Assembly (NCBI GenBank): GCA_046539325.1
Contig: JBKHHD010000003.1
Location: forward strand, 843 to 64,842
DNA: 64,000 bases
Source: Candidatus Aenigmatarchaeota archaeon
GTDB lineage: Archaea; Aenigmatarchaeota; Aenigmatarchaeia; PWEA01
Direction of reading: 5' to 3'
This document shows, in pieces, positions 44,571-54,842 of the stretch. The position numbers and the translations under genes are program-made. The notes under the pieces were generated by a model. The model saw only the letters and a program-made list of their open reading frames with translations. It searched no databases and was not told where the DNA came from. Within the stretch, counting starts at the first letter, position 1. Each line of letters opens with the position of its first letter.

Positions 44571-47240
44571 ATGAAGGCCAAGATTTTGGTTCCTGCAATA
44601 CTGGTTTTGTTCTTCCTATTACCGGAAGTCGCCGAGGTATGGGTCGACTACATATGGTTTGAATCCATTGGATATCTCTCAGTATTCACTAAGATTCTTA
44701 CGACAAGGCTCGCTCTAGCAGCCGCCGGCTTGGTTTTTACCTCGCTATTCATATGGCTAAACCTCAAGGCTGCAGGCAAAAATATAGATATAGAAGAGCT
44801 TCGCCTTAAGGCCAGGTTAAGAGGTTTTGAAGTCTTTGGAGTCTCATCAATCCTCGTAGGAATTATCGCAGGTGTTGTATGTTCAGGGTCTTACATGACA
44901 GTTCTGAAGTTCCTCAACTCCACGGACTTTGGACAAACCGAAGCAGTCTTTGGGAAAGATATATCATTTTACTTCTTCGAACTTCCCTTCTGGAACCTGA
45001 CAGTGGGATACTTCCTTGGAATAATAGCTGTAACGATAGCGATCGTTGCCGCTTTCTACTACCTCACAATACAGAAGAAAATGGAAGCTGAAGAGAGCTT
45101 CGATGATATTCTCGAGGCAGCAAAGAGACACCTGTATCCGTTAGGTGGTACATTCTTCCTCCTGCTGGGTATAAGAATATACTTGGCCAGATACTCCATA
45201 CTTTTCTCGGATATCGGAGCAGTCTTCGGTGCAGGCTACATGGACATCAACCTCCTCCTTCCTTTGATAATCGTAACCTCTGTTGTCTGCGCAGCCGTAG
45301 GAGTAACGCTCTTCGCAAACCTCAAGCTCGACAAAGCAAAGTATCCAGCCTACGGAGTAGTGGTCCTCATAGCTCTCCTGATCCTCGGAGGAGTTGGATC
45401 CGCACTTGTTCAGTCCTACTACGTTGAGCCAAACGAGTTCAACCTCGAAAGGGAGTATCTCGAAAGGAACATAGAACATACAAGGTCAGCCTATGGGCTA
45501 CATGATATGGAGCATATTGACTTCGATGCGACCTACAACCTCACGGCTGATGACCTCGAGGAAAAGGATCAAACGATGGACAACATAAGGCTGTGGGACT
45601 ACCGAGTTCTCAAGGACACTTACTCAAGTACACAGGAGCTGAGAACTTACTACGAGTTCCAGGATGTCGACGTGGACAGGTACAGGCTAAACGGCGACAG
45701 GAAGCAGGTCATGCTCTCTGTAAGGGAGCTGAACGCCGACAAGCTATCTGAAGGTGCCCAGTCCTGGGTCAACCGACACCTCGTATACACACACGGCACG
45801 GGCGGAGTCATGTCGCCTGTGAGAGATGTAAAGAACGGGCATCCGGAACTGTGGCTCAAAGACATACCAACACAGGTTACAGATGAAGCGCCTTCACCTG
45901 AAGACATAGACCTGGAGAATCCTGACATATACTTCGGTGAAGGCACGGACAACTTCGCGGTAGTTGACACAGCCGTGGAGGAGTTCGACTATCCGACTGG
46001 CGAGGAAAACGCCTTCACCACGTACGAAGGCACCGCAGGCATAGACATGAGCTTTATAGACAGGCTTGCCTTCGCCGTAAACCTAGGAGACTTCCGTTTT
46101 CTGGTCTCCGACGCACTCGAGCCCCAGTCAAAGATCCTGATAAGGAGAAACATAGACAGGAGGATTAGAGAAGTCGCTCCCTTCCTACAGTACGACCGTG
46201 ATCCATATCCTGTCGTACACAAAGGCAGAATTTTCTGGATCTACGATTCCTATACGACTTCGGACAGGTATCCGTACTCCGAACCCGTAAACGGTATAAA
46301 CTACATACGTAACTCGGTGAAGGCCACGATAGATAGCTACAACGGTGAGGTCAACTACTACGTAGTCGAGGACGATCCCCTTGCAAAGACGTACAGCAAG
46401 ATATTTCCCGATCTGTTCAAACAAAAGGAGGAGATGGACGAGAACCTGAAGGAACATATAAGGTATCCCGAGGGCCTCTTTAGTATCCAAGCTGAGATAC
46501 TAACGACGTACCATATGACCAATCCACGTGTATTCTACAACCGAGAGGACCAGTGGCAGATTCCGAAAGAGAGTTATAGGGGAAGGCAACAGGAAATGGA
46601 ACCGTACTACGTAACCCTAGAGCTTCCTGAAAGAAACGAGACGCAGTTCACGCTGATGCTTCCGTTCACACCGGAAAACAGACCCAACATGGTCGCTTGG
46701 CTAGGGGCGAAGAGCGATGAACCCAACTACGGCGAAACACTTCTTTACCGTTTCTCCAAGGAGGAGCTCATCTACGGTCCAAGTCAGATAGAGTCAAGAA
46801 TAGATCAGAACTCTGAGATCTCCGAGAGACTCACGCTTTGGGACCAGAGAGGAAGTGAAGTGATAAGAGGAAATCTTCTAGTGATTCCTATCAAAGACTC
46901 TGTGCTGTATATAGAGCCTGTATTCCTTGAGGGTGACGAGGAAGCCATACCTGAGCTAAGGAGGGTTATAGTGGCCTACGAGGACCAGATAAGTATGCAG
47001 CCTACACTTGAACAGGCTCTGGTGGACATATTTGGAGAGTTCGAGGATATAGAGGTCCCGGAGGAAGTTCCAGAAGACATGGATGAAGCTCCGGAAGAAC
47101 CTGTTATAGACACAGAACTCCTTGAAGAAGCTAGGCAACACTACCAAGAAGCTCAGCGCTATCTAAGAGAAGGAAACCTCTCTGGTTATCAGGAACAGAT
47201 AGAGAAGTTAGGAGAGATTCTAGAAAAAATGGAACAGTGA
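44571..47240 (+). CDS. UPF0182-family (COG1615-like) membrane protein with a large extracytoplasmic domain
   Basis: ~7 N-terminal TM helices, then a ~600-aa soluble domain. The ATG at 44571 sits 25 nt downstream of TTAAATAG. The ORF-track TTG at 44562 is less likely. Confidence 0.55.
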   Translation: MKAKILVPAILVLFFLLPEVAEVWVDYIWFESIGYLSVFTKILTTRLALAAAGLVFTSLFIWLNLKAAGKNIDIEELRLKARLRGFEVFGVSSILVGIIAGVVCSGSYMTVLKFLNSTDFGQTEAVFGKDISFYFFELPFWNLTVGYFLGIIAVTIAIVAAFYYLTIQKKMEAEESFDDILEAAKRHLYPLGGTFFLLLGIRIYLARYSILFSDIGAVFGAGYMDINLLLPLIIVTSVVCAAVGVTLFANLKLDKAKYPAYGVVVLIALLILGGVGSALVQSYYVEPNEFNLEREYLERNIEHTRSAYGLHDMEHIDFDATYNLTADDLEEKDQTMDNIRLWDYRVLKDTYSSTQELRTYYEFQDVDVDRYRLNGDRKQVMLSVRELNADKLSEGAQSWVNRHLVYTHGTGGVMSPVRDVKNGHPELWLKDIPTQVTDEAPSPEDIDLENPDIYFGEGTDNFAVVDTAVEEFDYPTGEENAFTTYEGTAGIDMSFIDRLAFAVNLGDFRFLVSDALEPQSKILIRRNIDRRIREVAPFLQYDRDPYPVVHKGRIFWIYDSYTTSDRYPYSEPVNGINYIRNSVKATIDSYNGEVNYYVVEDDPLAKTYSKIFPDLFKQKEEMDENLKEHIRYPEGLFSIQAEILTTYHMTNPRVFYNREDQWQIPKESYRGRQQEMEPYYVTLELPERNETQFTLMLPFTPENRPNMVAWLGAKSDEPNYGETLLYRFSKEELIYGPSQIESRIDQNSEISERLTLWDQRGSEVIRGNLLVIPIKDSVLYIEPVFLEGDEEAIPELRRVIVAYEDQISMQPTLEQALVDIFGEFEDIEVPEEVPEDMDEAPEEPVIDTELLEEARQHYQEAQRYLREGNLSGYQEQIEKLGEILEKMEQ

Positions 47241-47365
47241 AAGTTTATAAGTATAAAAATAAAAGTTAACGCTTAGTGATTTAGATGGTAGGTGGATACG
47301 TTCCACTACACGAATAAAAGCTTCATAAACTTCTCCAGTCTAAAATATAACAAAGAGGTGTCTAA

Positions 47366-48802
47366 ATGTCAGAAGAACTTGGAATAACTACTCCGAAGGA
47401 AGAAGACATGGGCGAGTGGTACAGGGAAGTTATAACCAAATCAGGTATGGCTGACTACACTTCCGTTAGCGGATGCATAGTCTTCAAGCCACTTTCCTAC
47501 AGAATCTGGGACAAGATTCGTGAAGAGGTTGACAGAAGATTTGAGGATATCGGCATAGAAAACGCTTATTTTCCCCTTTTTATCCCCGAAAAACTCTTGG
47601 AGAAGGAAGCCGAGCACTTTGAAGGCTTTAGTCCAGAGGTCGCATGGGTAACCAGAGCTGGAAGTTCAGAGCTGGACGAAAATCTGGCTGTAAGGCCGAC
47701 CTCTGAAGCGATTATGTACGATTCATATAAGGACTGGATAAGGTCGTGGAGAGATCTGCCTTTGCGCTTGAATCAGTGGAACAACGTCGTAAGGTGGGAA
47801 TTTAAACATGCAACGCCTTTCCTCCGGACACGTGAGTTTCTATGGAACGAAGGGCACAACGTTTACAGAACGGAGGAGCAAGCTCTCGAGGATCGCGACA
47901 AGGTGCTGGACGCATATCAGGAGGTATGTGAAGAATACATGGCTATACCATGCATAAGAGGGAGGAAGAGCAACAGAGAGAAGTTCGACGGTGCAATAGA
48001 CACCTACTCACTGGAACACCTACTTCCTGATGGACAGGCTATACAGGGACCTGACTACCACTACGACGGTACAAACTTCTCAGAAGCCTTTGATATAACC
48101 TATACGGACGAAGAAGGTGAAAAGAAGTACGTACACCAGACAACCTACGCTATAACCACACGAGAACTGGGCGTAATGGTCCTAATACACTCCGATGACC
48201 GTGGCCTTGTTATACCTCCAAGGTTGGCGGCTACGAAAACAGTTATAGTACCTATATACCACGACGAAGAGGAGAAAAAAGAGGTGCTTGAAATGACCGA
48301 GGAGATAGAAGACAAAATGGAGGACTGCAAGGTGGACGACAGGGACCACAAGACTCCTGGCTGGAAGTTCAACGAGTGGGAGGTTAAGGGTATACCTTTG
48401 AGGATAGAGATCGGGAGCAACGAGGTCGAGGAAGGCAAGGTTACTATAGTTAGACGGGATACAGGAGAAAAGGTAAGCGCAAATATCGAAGATATCGAAG
48501 AAACTGTCGAGGAGGAGCTGGGGGAGATGCAAGAAAGGCTTTACAAGAAAGCTAAGGATTACATGGAGGAAAATATAAGAGAAACGGAAAGCTACGGGGA
48601 GTTGAAGGAAATAATCGAAGAGAAGGGAGGGTTTGTAAAGGCTCCCTGGTGTGGTGAGGAACTATGTGAGGAAATAGTCAAAGACGAAACCACGGCGAAG
48701 ATAACAAATATACCGTTCAGGTACGACAAACCCAAAGGAAAGAAGTGTGTGCGCTGTGATGAGGAAGCGGAACACTGGGTGCATTTTGCAAAATCAAGGT
48801 GA
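47366..48802 (+). CDS. proS: Prolyl-tRNA synthetase, archaeal/eukaryotic type
   Basis: N-terminal MGEWYREVITKSGMADY...GCIVFKP. Class II motifs. C-terminal zinc-binding WCGEELCEE...KCVRCDEEA. GAGGTG RBS 7 nt upstream. Confidence 0.9.
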   Translation: MSEELGITTPKEEDMGEWYREVITKSGMADYTSVSGCIVFKPLSYRIWDKIREEVDRRFEDIGIENAYFPLFIPEKLLEKEAEHFEGFSPEVAWVTRAGSSELDENLAVRPTSEAIMYDSYKDWIRSWRDLPLRLNQWNNVVRWEFKHATPFLRTREFLWNEGHNVYRTEEQALEDRDKVLDAYQEVCEEYMAIPCIRGRKSNREKFDGAIDTYSLEHLLPDGQAIQGPDYHYDGTNFSEAFDITYTDEEGEKKYVHQTTYAITTRELGVMVLIHSDDRGLVIPPRLAATKTVIVPIYHDEEEKKEVLEMTEEIEDKMEDCKVDDRDHKTPGWKFNEWEVKGIPLRIEIGSNEVEEGKVTIVRRDTGEKVSANIEDIEETVEEELGEMQERLYKKAKDYMEENIRETESYGELKEIIEEKGGFVKAPWCGEELCEEIVKDETTAKITNIPFRYDKPKGKKCVRCDEEAEHWVHFAKSR

Positions 48803-48846
48803 AGGAAAAACTTTAAATACTTTTATTATAAAAGGAAGTATGATTC

Positions 48847-48867
48847 TTGAGAATTGTATTCTCAAGT
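48847..48867. repeat. Perfect 9-bp-arm palindrome between proS and psmB. A second GAAAAC/GTTTTC inverted repeat follows at ~48871-48888
   Basis: CTTGAGAAT-TGT-ATTCTCAAG, then GAAAACGTTGGGTTTTC. Confidence 0.4.
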
Positions 48868-48918
48868 TTGAAAACGTTGGGTTTTCAAATCTTCTGAGTT
48901 ATCTCAGGGGGTTCTAAC

Positions 48919-49569
48919 ATGCAAGGTATGAAACAAAACGGCGAAGAGGAAGTTAAGACAGGCACAACGACCGTTGGTGTGAAGTACAAGGATGGCTTAG
49001 TCTTAGCTACTGAAAAAAGAGCTTCTATGGGTTATCAGGTTTCCAGTAAAAACGCCAAGAAAGTTTACGAAGTCGACGGTGGAATAGGAATAACCACTGC
49101 CGGTTCAGTTGGCGATATACAGACAGTCGTCCGCTACATGAAGGCGGAGACGAACCTCTTCAAGTACCGTAAGGATAGAAAGATGTCACCAAGGTCTGTA
49201 GCAAGCCTTATGGCAAACATACTCCAGGGCTCGAAGATGGTCCCGTACATGGGTCTTTTCATACTAGGTGGCTACAACCACGAAGAAGACCAGCCGGAGG
49301 TTTACCAGCTTGATCCTGCCGGTGGAGTTTTAGGCGGTGATCCATACTACGCTACTGGCTCAGGATCACAGGTTGCTTACGGCCTCTTAGAAGACCTCTA
49401 CGAAGAGGGAATGGACAAGGACACAGCTGTCAGTATTTCCCTGAGGTCGATAAAGAGTGCTTCGAACAGAGATATAGCTTCAGGCAACGGATTTTCAGTC
49501 ATGGTAATAGACAAGGAAGGGTGTGAAGTTCTGAATGACGAAGAAGTAGACGAGTACCTCAAAGAATGA
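48919..49569 (+). CDS. psmB: Proteasome subunit beta
   Basis: The propeptide ends ...KTGTTTVGVKYKDGLVLATEKRASMG, so Thr1 of the mature enzyme follows it. Confidence 0.9.
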   Translation: MQGMKQNGEEEVKTGTTTVGVKYKDGLVLATEKRASMGYQVSSKNAKKVYEVDGGIGITTAGSVGDIQTVVRYMKAETNLFKYRKDRKMSPRSVASLMANILQGSKMVPYMGLFILGGYNHEEDQPEVYQLDPAGGVLGGDPYYATGSGSQVAYGLLEDLYEEGMDKDTAVSISLRSIKSASNRDIASGNGFSVMVIDKEGCEVLNDEEVDEYLKE

Positions 49570-49600
49570 TCGACTTTGTTTGACTTTAGAATTTCTGTAG

Positions 49601-51490
49601 GTGTTTTATGTGGAAATTATAGATAAAGTAAAAGACGGGCTTCCAAGCGATGCGATGATTTCGGAGGTCTGCTTCGAAGGAAGTGACATAGTCCTCTACA
49701 CGAAGAACAAGGAGATGTTCAAGAGCAACGGAGATTTCATAAAAAAGCTCGTCAGTAAACTGAAGAAGAGGATAGAGCTCAGACCAGACCCTTCTATAAG
49801 AAAAAATATAGAGAGCGCGAAGGAGACTATAGAGGAGAAGGTTCCCGAAGAAGCAGGCATAGAAGAGATAACCTTCCAGCCTGGCTTCGGAAAGGTAATA
49901 ATAGAGGCACATAAGCCTGGTCTAGTTATAGGTAAAGGTGGAAGCACCCTTGAAGAAATAAAGAAGGAAACTGTATGGAAGCCGCAGGTTAAGATCGCGC
50001 CAGCAATTTCTTCGGACGTAGTGGACACTGTAAGAAAGGTTCTTTATCAAGAGTCGGAATGGCGCAAGGACTTCTTAAACGACATAGGTGAAAGGATACA
50101 TTCAAAGGAAGTGGAGGAAGTGGAATGGGCAAGGATAACAGGACTGGGCGGTTGCAGGGAAGTGGGAAGAAGCTCTTTCGTGCTCCAGACCCCTGACTCG
50201 AGAATACTAATAGACTGTGGGATAAAGCCTGGAAACAAACACGAGTATCCGTACCTTCAGGTTCCTGAAGGCGATATAAGTTCTCTTGACGCCGTAGTGG
50301 TTTCACATCCACATCTCGATCATATAGGTTTTGTCCCCTACCTCTACGAGTACGGCTACGAAGGACCGCTTTACCTGACAGCCGCAACTAGAGATCTCAT
50401 GGTCCTCCTATGCTTGGATTACCTGGACGTTGCGAAAAGGGAAGGAAACGAAGTCCCGTACTCATCGAAGTCCGTGGAAAAGGCGGTTAAACATTCAATA
50501 GCTCTTGACTATGGACAGGTAAGTGATATAACTCCTGACGTAGGTCTAACCTTACAGAACGCTGGACATATATTAGGTTCTGCTCTGGCACACTTCCACA
50601 TAGGTGAAGGGGACCACAACCTAGTTTACAGTGGTGACCTGAACTTCGGCGAATCAAAGCTCTTCGACAAGGCTTCAACAGACTTTCAGAGAGTAGAAAC
50701 GCTTATCACCGAGTCGACCTACGGTGAAAACGATGCGATACAACCCTCAAGAAAGGACGCGGAGAAGCATCTACTTGAATATGTAAATAAAACTATAGAG
50801 CGCGGCGGTAAGGTACTTATACCTTCCTTTGCTGTAGGAAGAGCTCAGGAGATAATGTGTATACTCGACGAAGAAGCAAGGAAAAACGGTCTGGACGTAC
50901 CAGTCTATCTTGAAGGAATGATGTGGGACGCCACTGCTATACACACCACGTATCCAGAAGATCTAAACGATAAGCTTCAGCACCAAATATTCCACAAGGA
51001 CCACAATCCACTAACCTCTGACATATTCCACAGAGTAGCTTCGAATGAAGAAAGGGAGGAAGTAATAAACTCTCCTGATCCTGCGATAGTTCTTTCCACG
51101 TCAGGTATGCTTACAGGTGGACCAGTAATGGAGTACCTCAAAGAGTTTGCACCGGAAGAAGACAATATGCTAATATTTGTAGGTTACCAGGCAGAAGGAA
51201 CTATGGGAAGAAGAATACAGAAGGGCTGGGACGAGATACCTGTACAAAGAGAGGGTAAGAGAAAGGTTGTGGAACTGAATCTGGAAGTAGGAACTGTGGA
51301 TGGTCTTTCCGGGCATTCGGACAGAAACCAGACTATAAACTTCATAAATGCTCTCAATAGTAAGCCTAACAAAATCCTCACGGTTCATGGTGATGAAAAC
51401 AGCTGCATACAGATGGCTAGAACACTCCACAATATATTCAACAGGGAAACGATACCTCCAAAGAACCTTGAGACTATAAGGCTGAAGTAG
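49601..51490 (+). CDS. aCPSF1/FttA. KH domains plus a metallo-beta-lactamase/beta-CASP ribonuclease
   Basis: N-terminal KH-like region. VVVSHPHLDHIGFVPYL (HxHxDH). beta-CASP motifs. ~630 aa. GTG start at 49601 or 49610. Confidence 0.85.
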   Translation: MFYVEIIDKVKDGLPSDAMISEVCFEGSDIVLYTKNKEMFKSNGDFIKKLVSKLKKRIELRPDPSIRKNIESAKETIEEKVPEEAGIEEITFQPGFGKVIIEAHKPGLVIGKGGSTLEEIKKETVWKPQVKIAPAISSDVVDTVRKVLYQESEWRKDFLNDIGERIHSKEVEEVEWARITGLGGCREVGRSSFVLQTPDSRILIDCGIKPGNKHEYPYLQVPEGDISSLDAVVVSHPHLDHIGFVPYLYEYGYEGPLYLTAATRDLMVLLCLDYLDVAKREGNEVPYSSKSVEKAVKHSIALDYGQVSDITPDVGLTLQNAGHILGSALAHFHIGEGDHNLVYSGDLNFGESKLFDKASTDFQRVETLITESTYGENDAIQPSRKDAEKHLLEYVNKTIERGGKVLIPSFAVGRAQEIMCILDEEARKNGLDVPVYLEGMMWDATAIHTTYPEDLNDKLQHQIFHKDHNPLTSDIFHRVASNEEREEVINSPDPAIVLSTSGMLTGGPVMEYLKEFAPEEDNMLIFVGYQAEGTMGRRIQKGWDEIPVQREGKRKVVELNLEVGTVDGLSGHSDRNQTINFINALNSKPNKILTVHGDENSCIQMARTLHNIFNRETIPPKNLETIRLK

Positions 51491-51535
51491 CAGGAAGTTC
51501 TTCTATTTTTTAATCTCAAAAACAATATATTTCCT

Positions 51536-52360
51536 ATGGCTGATTGTAGCTACTGTGGAAAGGAAGCAGATATACCATTTAAATGTAAGTTCTGTAGTGA
51601 CACCTTTTGCTCAGAACATAGGCTGCCTGAAAACCATGAATGTGTGGGGCTTGACAAGTACAAGGAAAAGGCGCGGAGTGATGAGAAAGTAGTTTACGAA
51701 CCCTTCCAGGCGACATGGGAAAAGAAGTCCTCAGGACTTTCCTCTACCTTTCTAAAAAGCATCACCCAAAGCTACTCGATGCTAATAATCTCCATATGCT
51801 TCGTAGTTTTCCTTTTGCAAGCTGCGATACCAGGGTTTACGGAGTATCTATGGCTTTCGCCACAGCTAGGCGAAATTCTCAGTAGACCCTGGACATTTAT
51901 AACTTCAATATTTCTACATGGCAACGGGTGGCATCTTTTCGTAAATATGCTCGTCCTCTTTTTCTTTGGAGGTGAGCTTGAGAGAAGGGTAGGAAGCAGG
52001 AAGTTTTTGGAGATATTTTTAGTAACTGGAATTGCAGGAAATCTAGGCTTCACACTGTTCTCCTACGCCACTGGAGAATTCATCCCAGCAGTCGGAGCCT
52101 CGGGAGCGATATTCGGTGTTTTCGCGACTCTTGCTATAATAGCGCCGGAAATAAGAGTACTGATATGGTTCGTATTTCCCCTTAAGATACGTCAAGCGCT
52201 TGTAATATTTGCCCTATGGGACTTATTCCTACTTCCAAGAGGTGGACCTATAGCAAATTCAGCTCATTTAGCAGGACTGGCCATAGGACTAATCTATGGT
52301 TATAGATTAAAAAATAAACAAACTGGCACAGCATTTAAGAAAATAACGAGGAGGTTGTAA
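51536..52360 (+). CDS. Rhomboid-family intramembrane serine protease with an N-terminal AN1-type zinc finger
   Basis: CSYCGKEADIPFKCKFCSDTFCSEHRLPENHEC. Rhomboid GASGAIFGV and AHLAGLAIG. Confidence 0.8.
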   Translation: MADCSYCGKEADIPFKCKFCSDTFCSEHRLPENHECVGLDKYKEKARSDEKVVYEPFQATWEKKSSGLSSTFLKSITQSYSMLIISICFVVFLLQAAIPGFTEYLWLSPQLGEILSRPWTFITSIFLHGNGWHLFVNMLVLFFFGGELERRVGSRKFLEIFLVTGIAGNLGFTLFSYATGEFIPAVGASGAIFGVFATLAIIAPEIRVLIWFVFPLKIRQALVIFALWDLFLLPRGGPIANSAHLAGLAIGLIYGYRLKNKQTGTAFKKITRRL

Positions 52361-52370
52361 GGGAGCTTTT

Positions 52371-52733
52371 TTACTCTTCTTCTCCACGAACTACTTCAGC
52401 GTAAGAGGGAGCCACAACAATGTAGTTCTCGTCGACTCCTGCAATATCTCCGTCTACAGCAGTACAAGTCTTCCTTATCCTTTCGATAGCTCTCTTCAGA
52501 TCTGACATGTCCTTGTCCTTGATCTTTCTTATCTTGACGAAGACTATCCTTCCTTCCCTGACTGATTTCTGTACATCCTCCGCATCCTTGTACTCCTCAA
52601 GCTCTATTACTTCTATAGGGACAGCCCTTACCTCTCCTTCGCTGACTTCCTCTGAAAGCTCGAGAAGGTCTCTATCCTCAATTTCTTCTTCCTTCTTTCC
52701 TAAAATGTCTTTCAAAGCCAAATTTCTCACCAT
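52371..52733 (-). CDS. sepF: SepF-like (DUF552) cell-division protein
   Basis: AVPIEVIELEEYKDAEDVQKSVREGRIVFVKI...DLKRAIERIRKTCTAVDGDIAGVDENYIVVAP matches the SepF core pattern. Confidence 0.55.
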   Translation of the reverse strand: MVRNLALKDILGKKEEEIEDRDLLELSEEVSEGEVRAVPIEVIELEEYKDAEDVQKSVREGRIVFVKIRKIKDKDMSDLKRAIERIRKTCTAVDGDIAGVDENYIVVAPSYAEVVRGEEE

Positions 52734-52772
52734 TTTAATTTTTTAAATCAACTTATATAAAACTTCACAGAT

Positions 52773-53054
52773 TTACTCTCTACTAGCCGATTCTAACATC
52801 GAAACTATATTCCAGACCTGTGTTCTGGTGTACATCGGAATGTTCGCGTCGTTCGCAACATCGTCCAGCTTGGAAGTACATGAGTTTATCCTAACGGAAA
52901 GCTCTTCATCGTCGTCCTTCAAAATTTCTATACATTCCTTACACTCTTGCTGAATATTTCTAGGTACGGAGCTGTCTTCAGAAACTTGCTCCAACATATC
53001 TACTGCAGGCTCTAAACTTTCTTCCATTTTAACCACCAACATCTGTCTGGACAT
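52773..53054 (-). CDS. UPF0147-family small archaeal protein
   Basis: SVPRNIQQECKECIEIL...DANIPMYTRTQVWNIVSMLE. Confidence 0.5.
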   Translation of the reverse strand: MSRQMLVVKMEESLEPAVDMLEQVSEDSSVPRNIQQECKECIEILKDDDEELSVRINSCTSKLDDVANDANIPMYTRTQVWNIVSMLESASRE

Positions 53055-53108
53055 ATAGGACCTTGGACTATCAATTTATGAAAATTTAAATATAAAAAGC
53101 TTTTCGTG

Positions 53109-54059
53109 TCACAGCTCCTTTGCTTTGGCGTCAAAAACCTCTTCAAATCTTTCCAAAAAGGCTTCCTTGACCTCACGCAAATCCGTGTTAGTTCCGTTTC
53201 CTGATGCAGCTGCATCGTGTCCTCCGGCAGACCCTTGTAGTTCCTCTTCCAATTCGGAAAAAACGTCTTCGCCCAGGTGAACTTTATCTGTAAGACCTCT
53301 TCTGCACCTCCCACTGACCCTCATCTCCTCACCTCTTTTCGAAAATACGACAGAAACGTCTGATCCTAGTTTCAAAAAGGAACGTGCAGAAGCAGCCTCA
53401 AAGGACCCAACCTCCGAAAAGGAGACAAGCTTTCCACCAATGTCGTAGTTATCCAATCTTGAAGCGGCCTTCAGCCTTGCTATCCTCTCAGAACGATCAA
53501 CGGGCGTGCTTAAGGTCGAGAGTATGTCTGAGTAACTTTTCCCAGATTTTGGAAGGAGTTCGGAAATATAACGGAACTGTTTCTCGTCAGCAAACCTGAG
53601 GTGTGAAGTATCCGCAACCATACCACAGATCATCGCCTCCGAAGCCTTCTTGTTCGGCTCATCCTCGAAAAGCTCGTAAACTAGCTCAGCAGTAGACCTC
53701 GCCTTTGAATCAGTATATTTAAAATCAGCGAATTCGTAAAGATCGCCTGGACTATGGTGGTCAATAAGCATTATTGTACCTTCAAAGCTTCTGATGTCTG
53801 CTGAACCAAGCTGATCCGTAGAGGGACAGTCAACTATCAACAAAGTTTTGAAATTCTCAAGGTCAGGATTCTTCAAAAACTCATAACCTCCAGCCAGCTC
53901 CTTCGCACCTTTTGATACAGTATCCGGAACACCTAAGGCAACATCACCTACCAAAAACTCGTAAAGTGCTATACCAGAAGCCACTGCGTCAATATCTGCA
54001 TTATGGTGAGCTAAAATTAAGATATCTTCAGAACCTTTCAACTTTTCTTCAAACTTCAT
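53109..54059 (-). CDS. DHH-family phosphoesterase (nanoRNase / RecJ-like core)
   Basis: DHH ILILAHHNADIDAVASG. GGGH GSAGGHDAAASG. The ATG at 54059 follows GGGTGG. The ORF track starts at the TTG at 54071. Confidence 0.75.
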   Translation of the reverse strand: MKFEEKLKGSEDILILAHHNADIDAVASGIALYEFLVGDVALGVPDTVSKGAKELAGGYEFLKNPDLENFKTLLIVDCPSTDQLGSADIRSFEGTIMLIDHHSPGDLYEFADFKYTDSKARSTAELVYELFEDEPNKKASEAMICGMVADTSHLRFADEKQFRYISELLPKSGKSYSDILSTLSTPVDRSERIARLKAASRLDNYDIGGKLVSFSEVGSFEAASARSFLKLGSDVSVVFSKRGEEMRVSGRCRRGLTDKVHLGEDVFSELEEELQGSAGGHDAAASGNGTNTDLREVKEAFLERFEEVFDAKAKEL

Positions 54060-54101
54060 GAAACCACCCAATTTATAGAAAAATAGATACTAGGGGGATT
54101 T

Positions 54102-54476
54102 TTATCCTGCTTCTTCTGGACTTCCTCCAGTCATAAGACCTCTTAGTTCCTTCTGCTTCTCCTGAGCCTCCTTCTCTATGTCCTTCTCCTTCTTCTCAAG
54201 AGACTCTATCTTGACTTCCAGTGACTCCTGTTTCTCTTCAAGTTCCTCTAGGAAGTCCTCTCTGTCGGTCTTTATCACAGCTGGTCCGGCTACCTTGAAA
54301 ACCTCTTCCTCGTCACTCGCTTCCTTTAGAGCCTGGACTGCTTGATCGATCTGTGACTTCTGAGCCTTCATCTCTGTCTTTTGCTGCTCCATTTGCTGAA
54401 GCTGCTGTTGCTGCTGCTGTAGCTCACCGATCATCTGCTGTGCCTCTGGTGGCATATTCTGTGGATTTTGTGGCAT
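54102..54476 (-). CDS. pfdB: Prefoldin subunit beta
   Basis: ~120-aa coiled-coil / beta-hairpin / coiled-coil. VFKVAGPAVIKTDREDFLEELEEK. Confidence 0.75.
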   Translation of the reverse strand: MPQNPQNMPPEAQQMIGELQQQQQQLQQMEQQKTEMKAQKSQIDQAVQALKEASDEEEVFKVAGPAVIKTDREDFLEELEEKQESLEVKIESLEKKEKDIEKEAQEKQKELRGLMTGGSPEEAG

Positions 54477-54703
54477 TAGTTTTCACCTCCTATCATTGAT
54501 TTTTGTGCTGTCTTTACAAGTCTTAGTATAGTGTTTACACCTGCCCTGAGATTTGAAATGTTTCCAACATCCACACAAACCCCTAGACAGCTATCATTAA
54601 CTTCCATGCTGACATCAAGCGAACTTGATTCATCGTCCTCGACTTCAATAGCTTTCTTAACAAGCTCAGGCGACTTTATATCAAGTTCAAGTTCAGCTCT
54701 CAT
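54476..54703 (-). CDS. pcc1: KEOPS subunit Pcc1-like
   Basis: 75 aa. ...NISNLRAGVNTILRLVKTA C-terminal helix pattern. Conserved superoperon position. Confidence 0.6.
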   Translation of the reverse strand: MRAELELDIKSPELVKKAIEVEDDESSSLDVSMEVNDSCLGVCVDVGNISNLRAGVNTILRLVKTAQKSMIGGEN

Positions 54704-54704
54704 T

Positions 54705-54842
54705 CTATCTGGCTTTGATCTCCTTTACACCAGCAGCCCTCTTCTTCTTTAAAATTCTATACCCGCAGAAAGGGCATCTAATTCTTCTCCTCAAGTCGTC
54801 CTTCTCTATATCCTCTTCACATTTCAAACATTTGTATGTCAT
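54705..54842 (-). CDS. rpoP: DNA-directed RNA polymerase subunit P (Rpb12/RpoP). Not in the ORF track
   Basis: MTYKCLKCEEDIEKDDLRRRIRCPFCGYRILKKKRAAGVKEIKAR with CxxC...CxxCGYRI. Its ATG overlaps the rpl37ae stop as TAATG. Confidence 0.7.
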   Translation of the reverse strand: MTYKCLKCEEDIEKDDLRRRIRCPFCGYRILKKKRAAGVKEIKAR

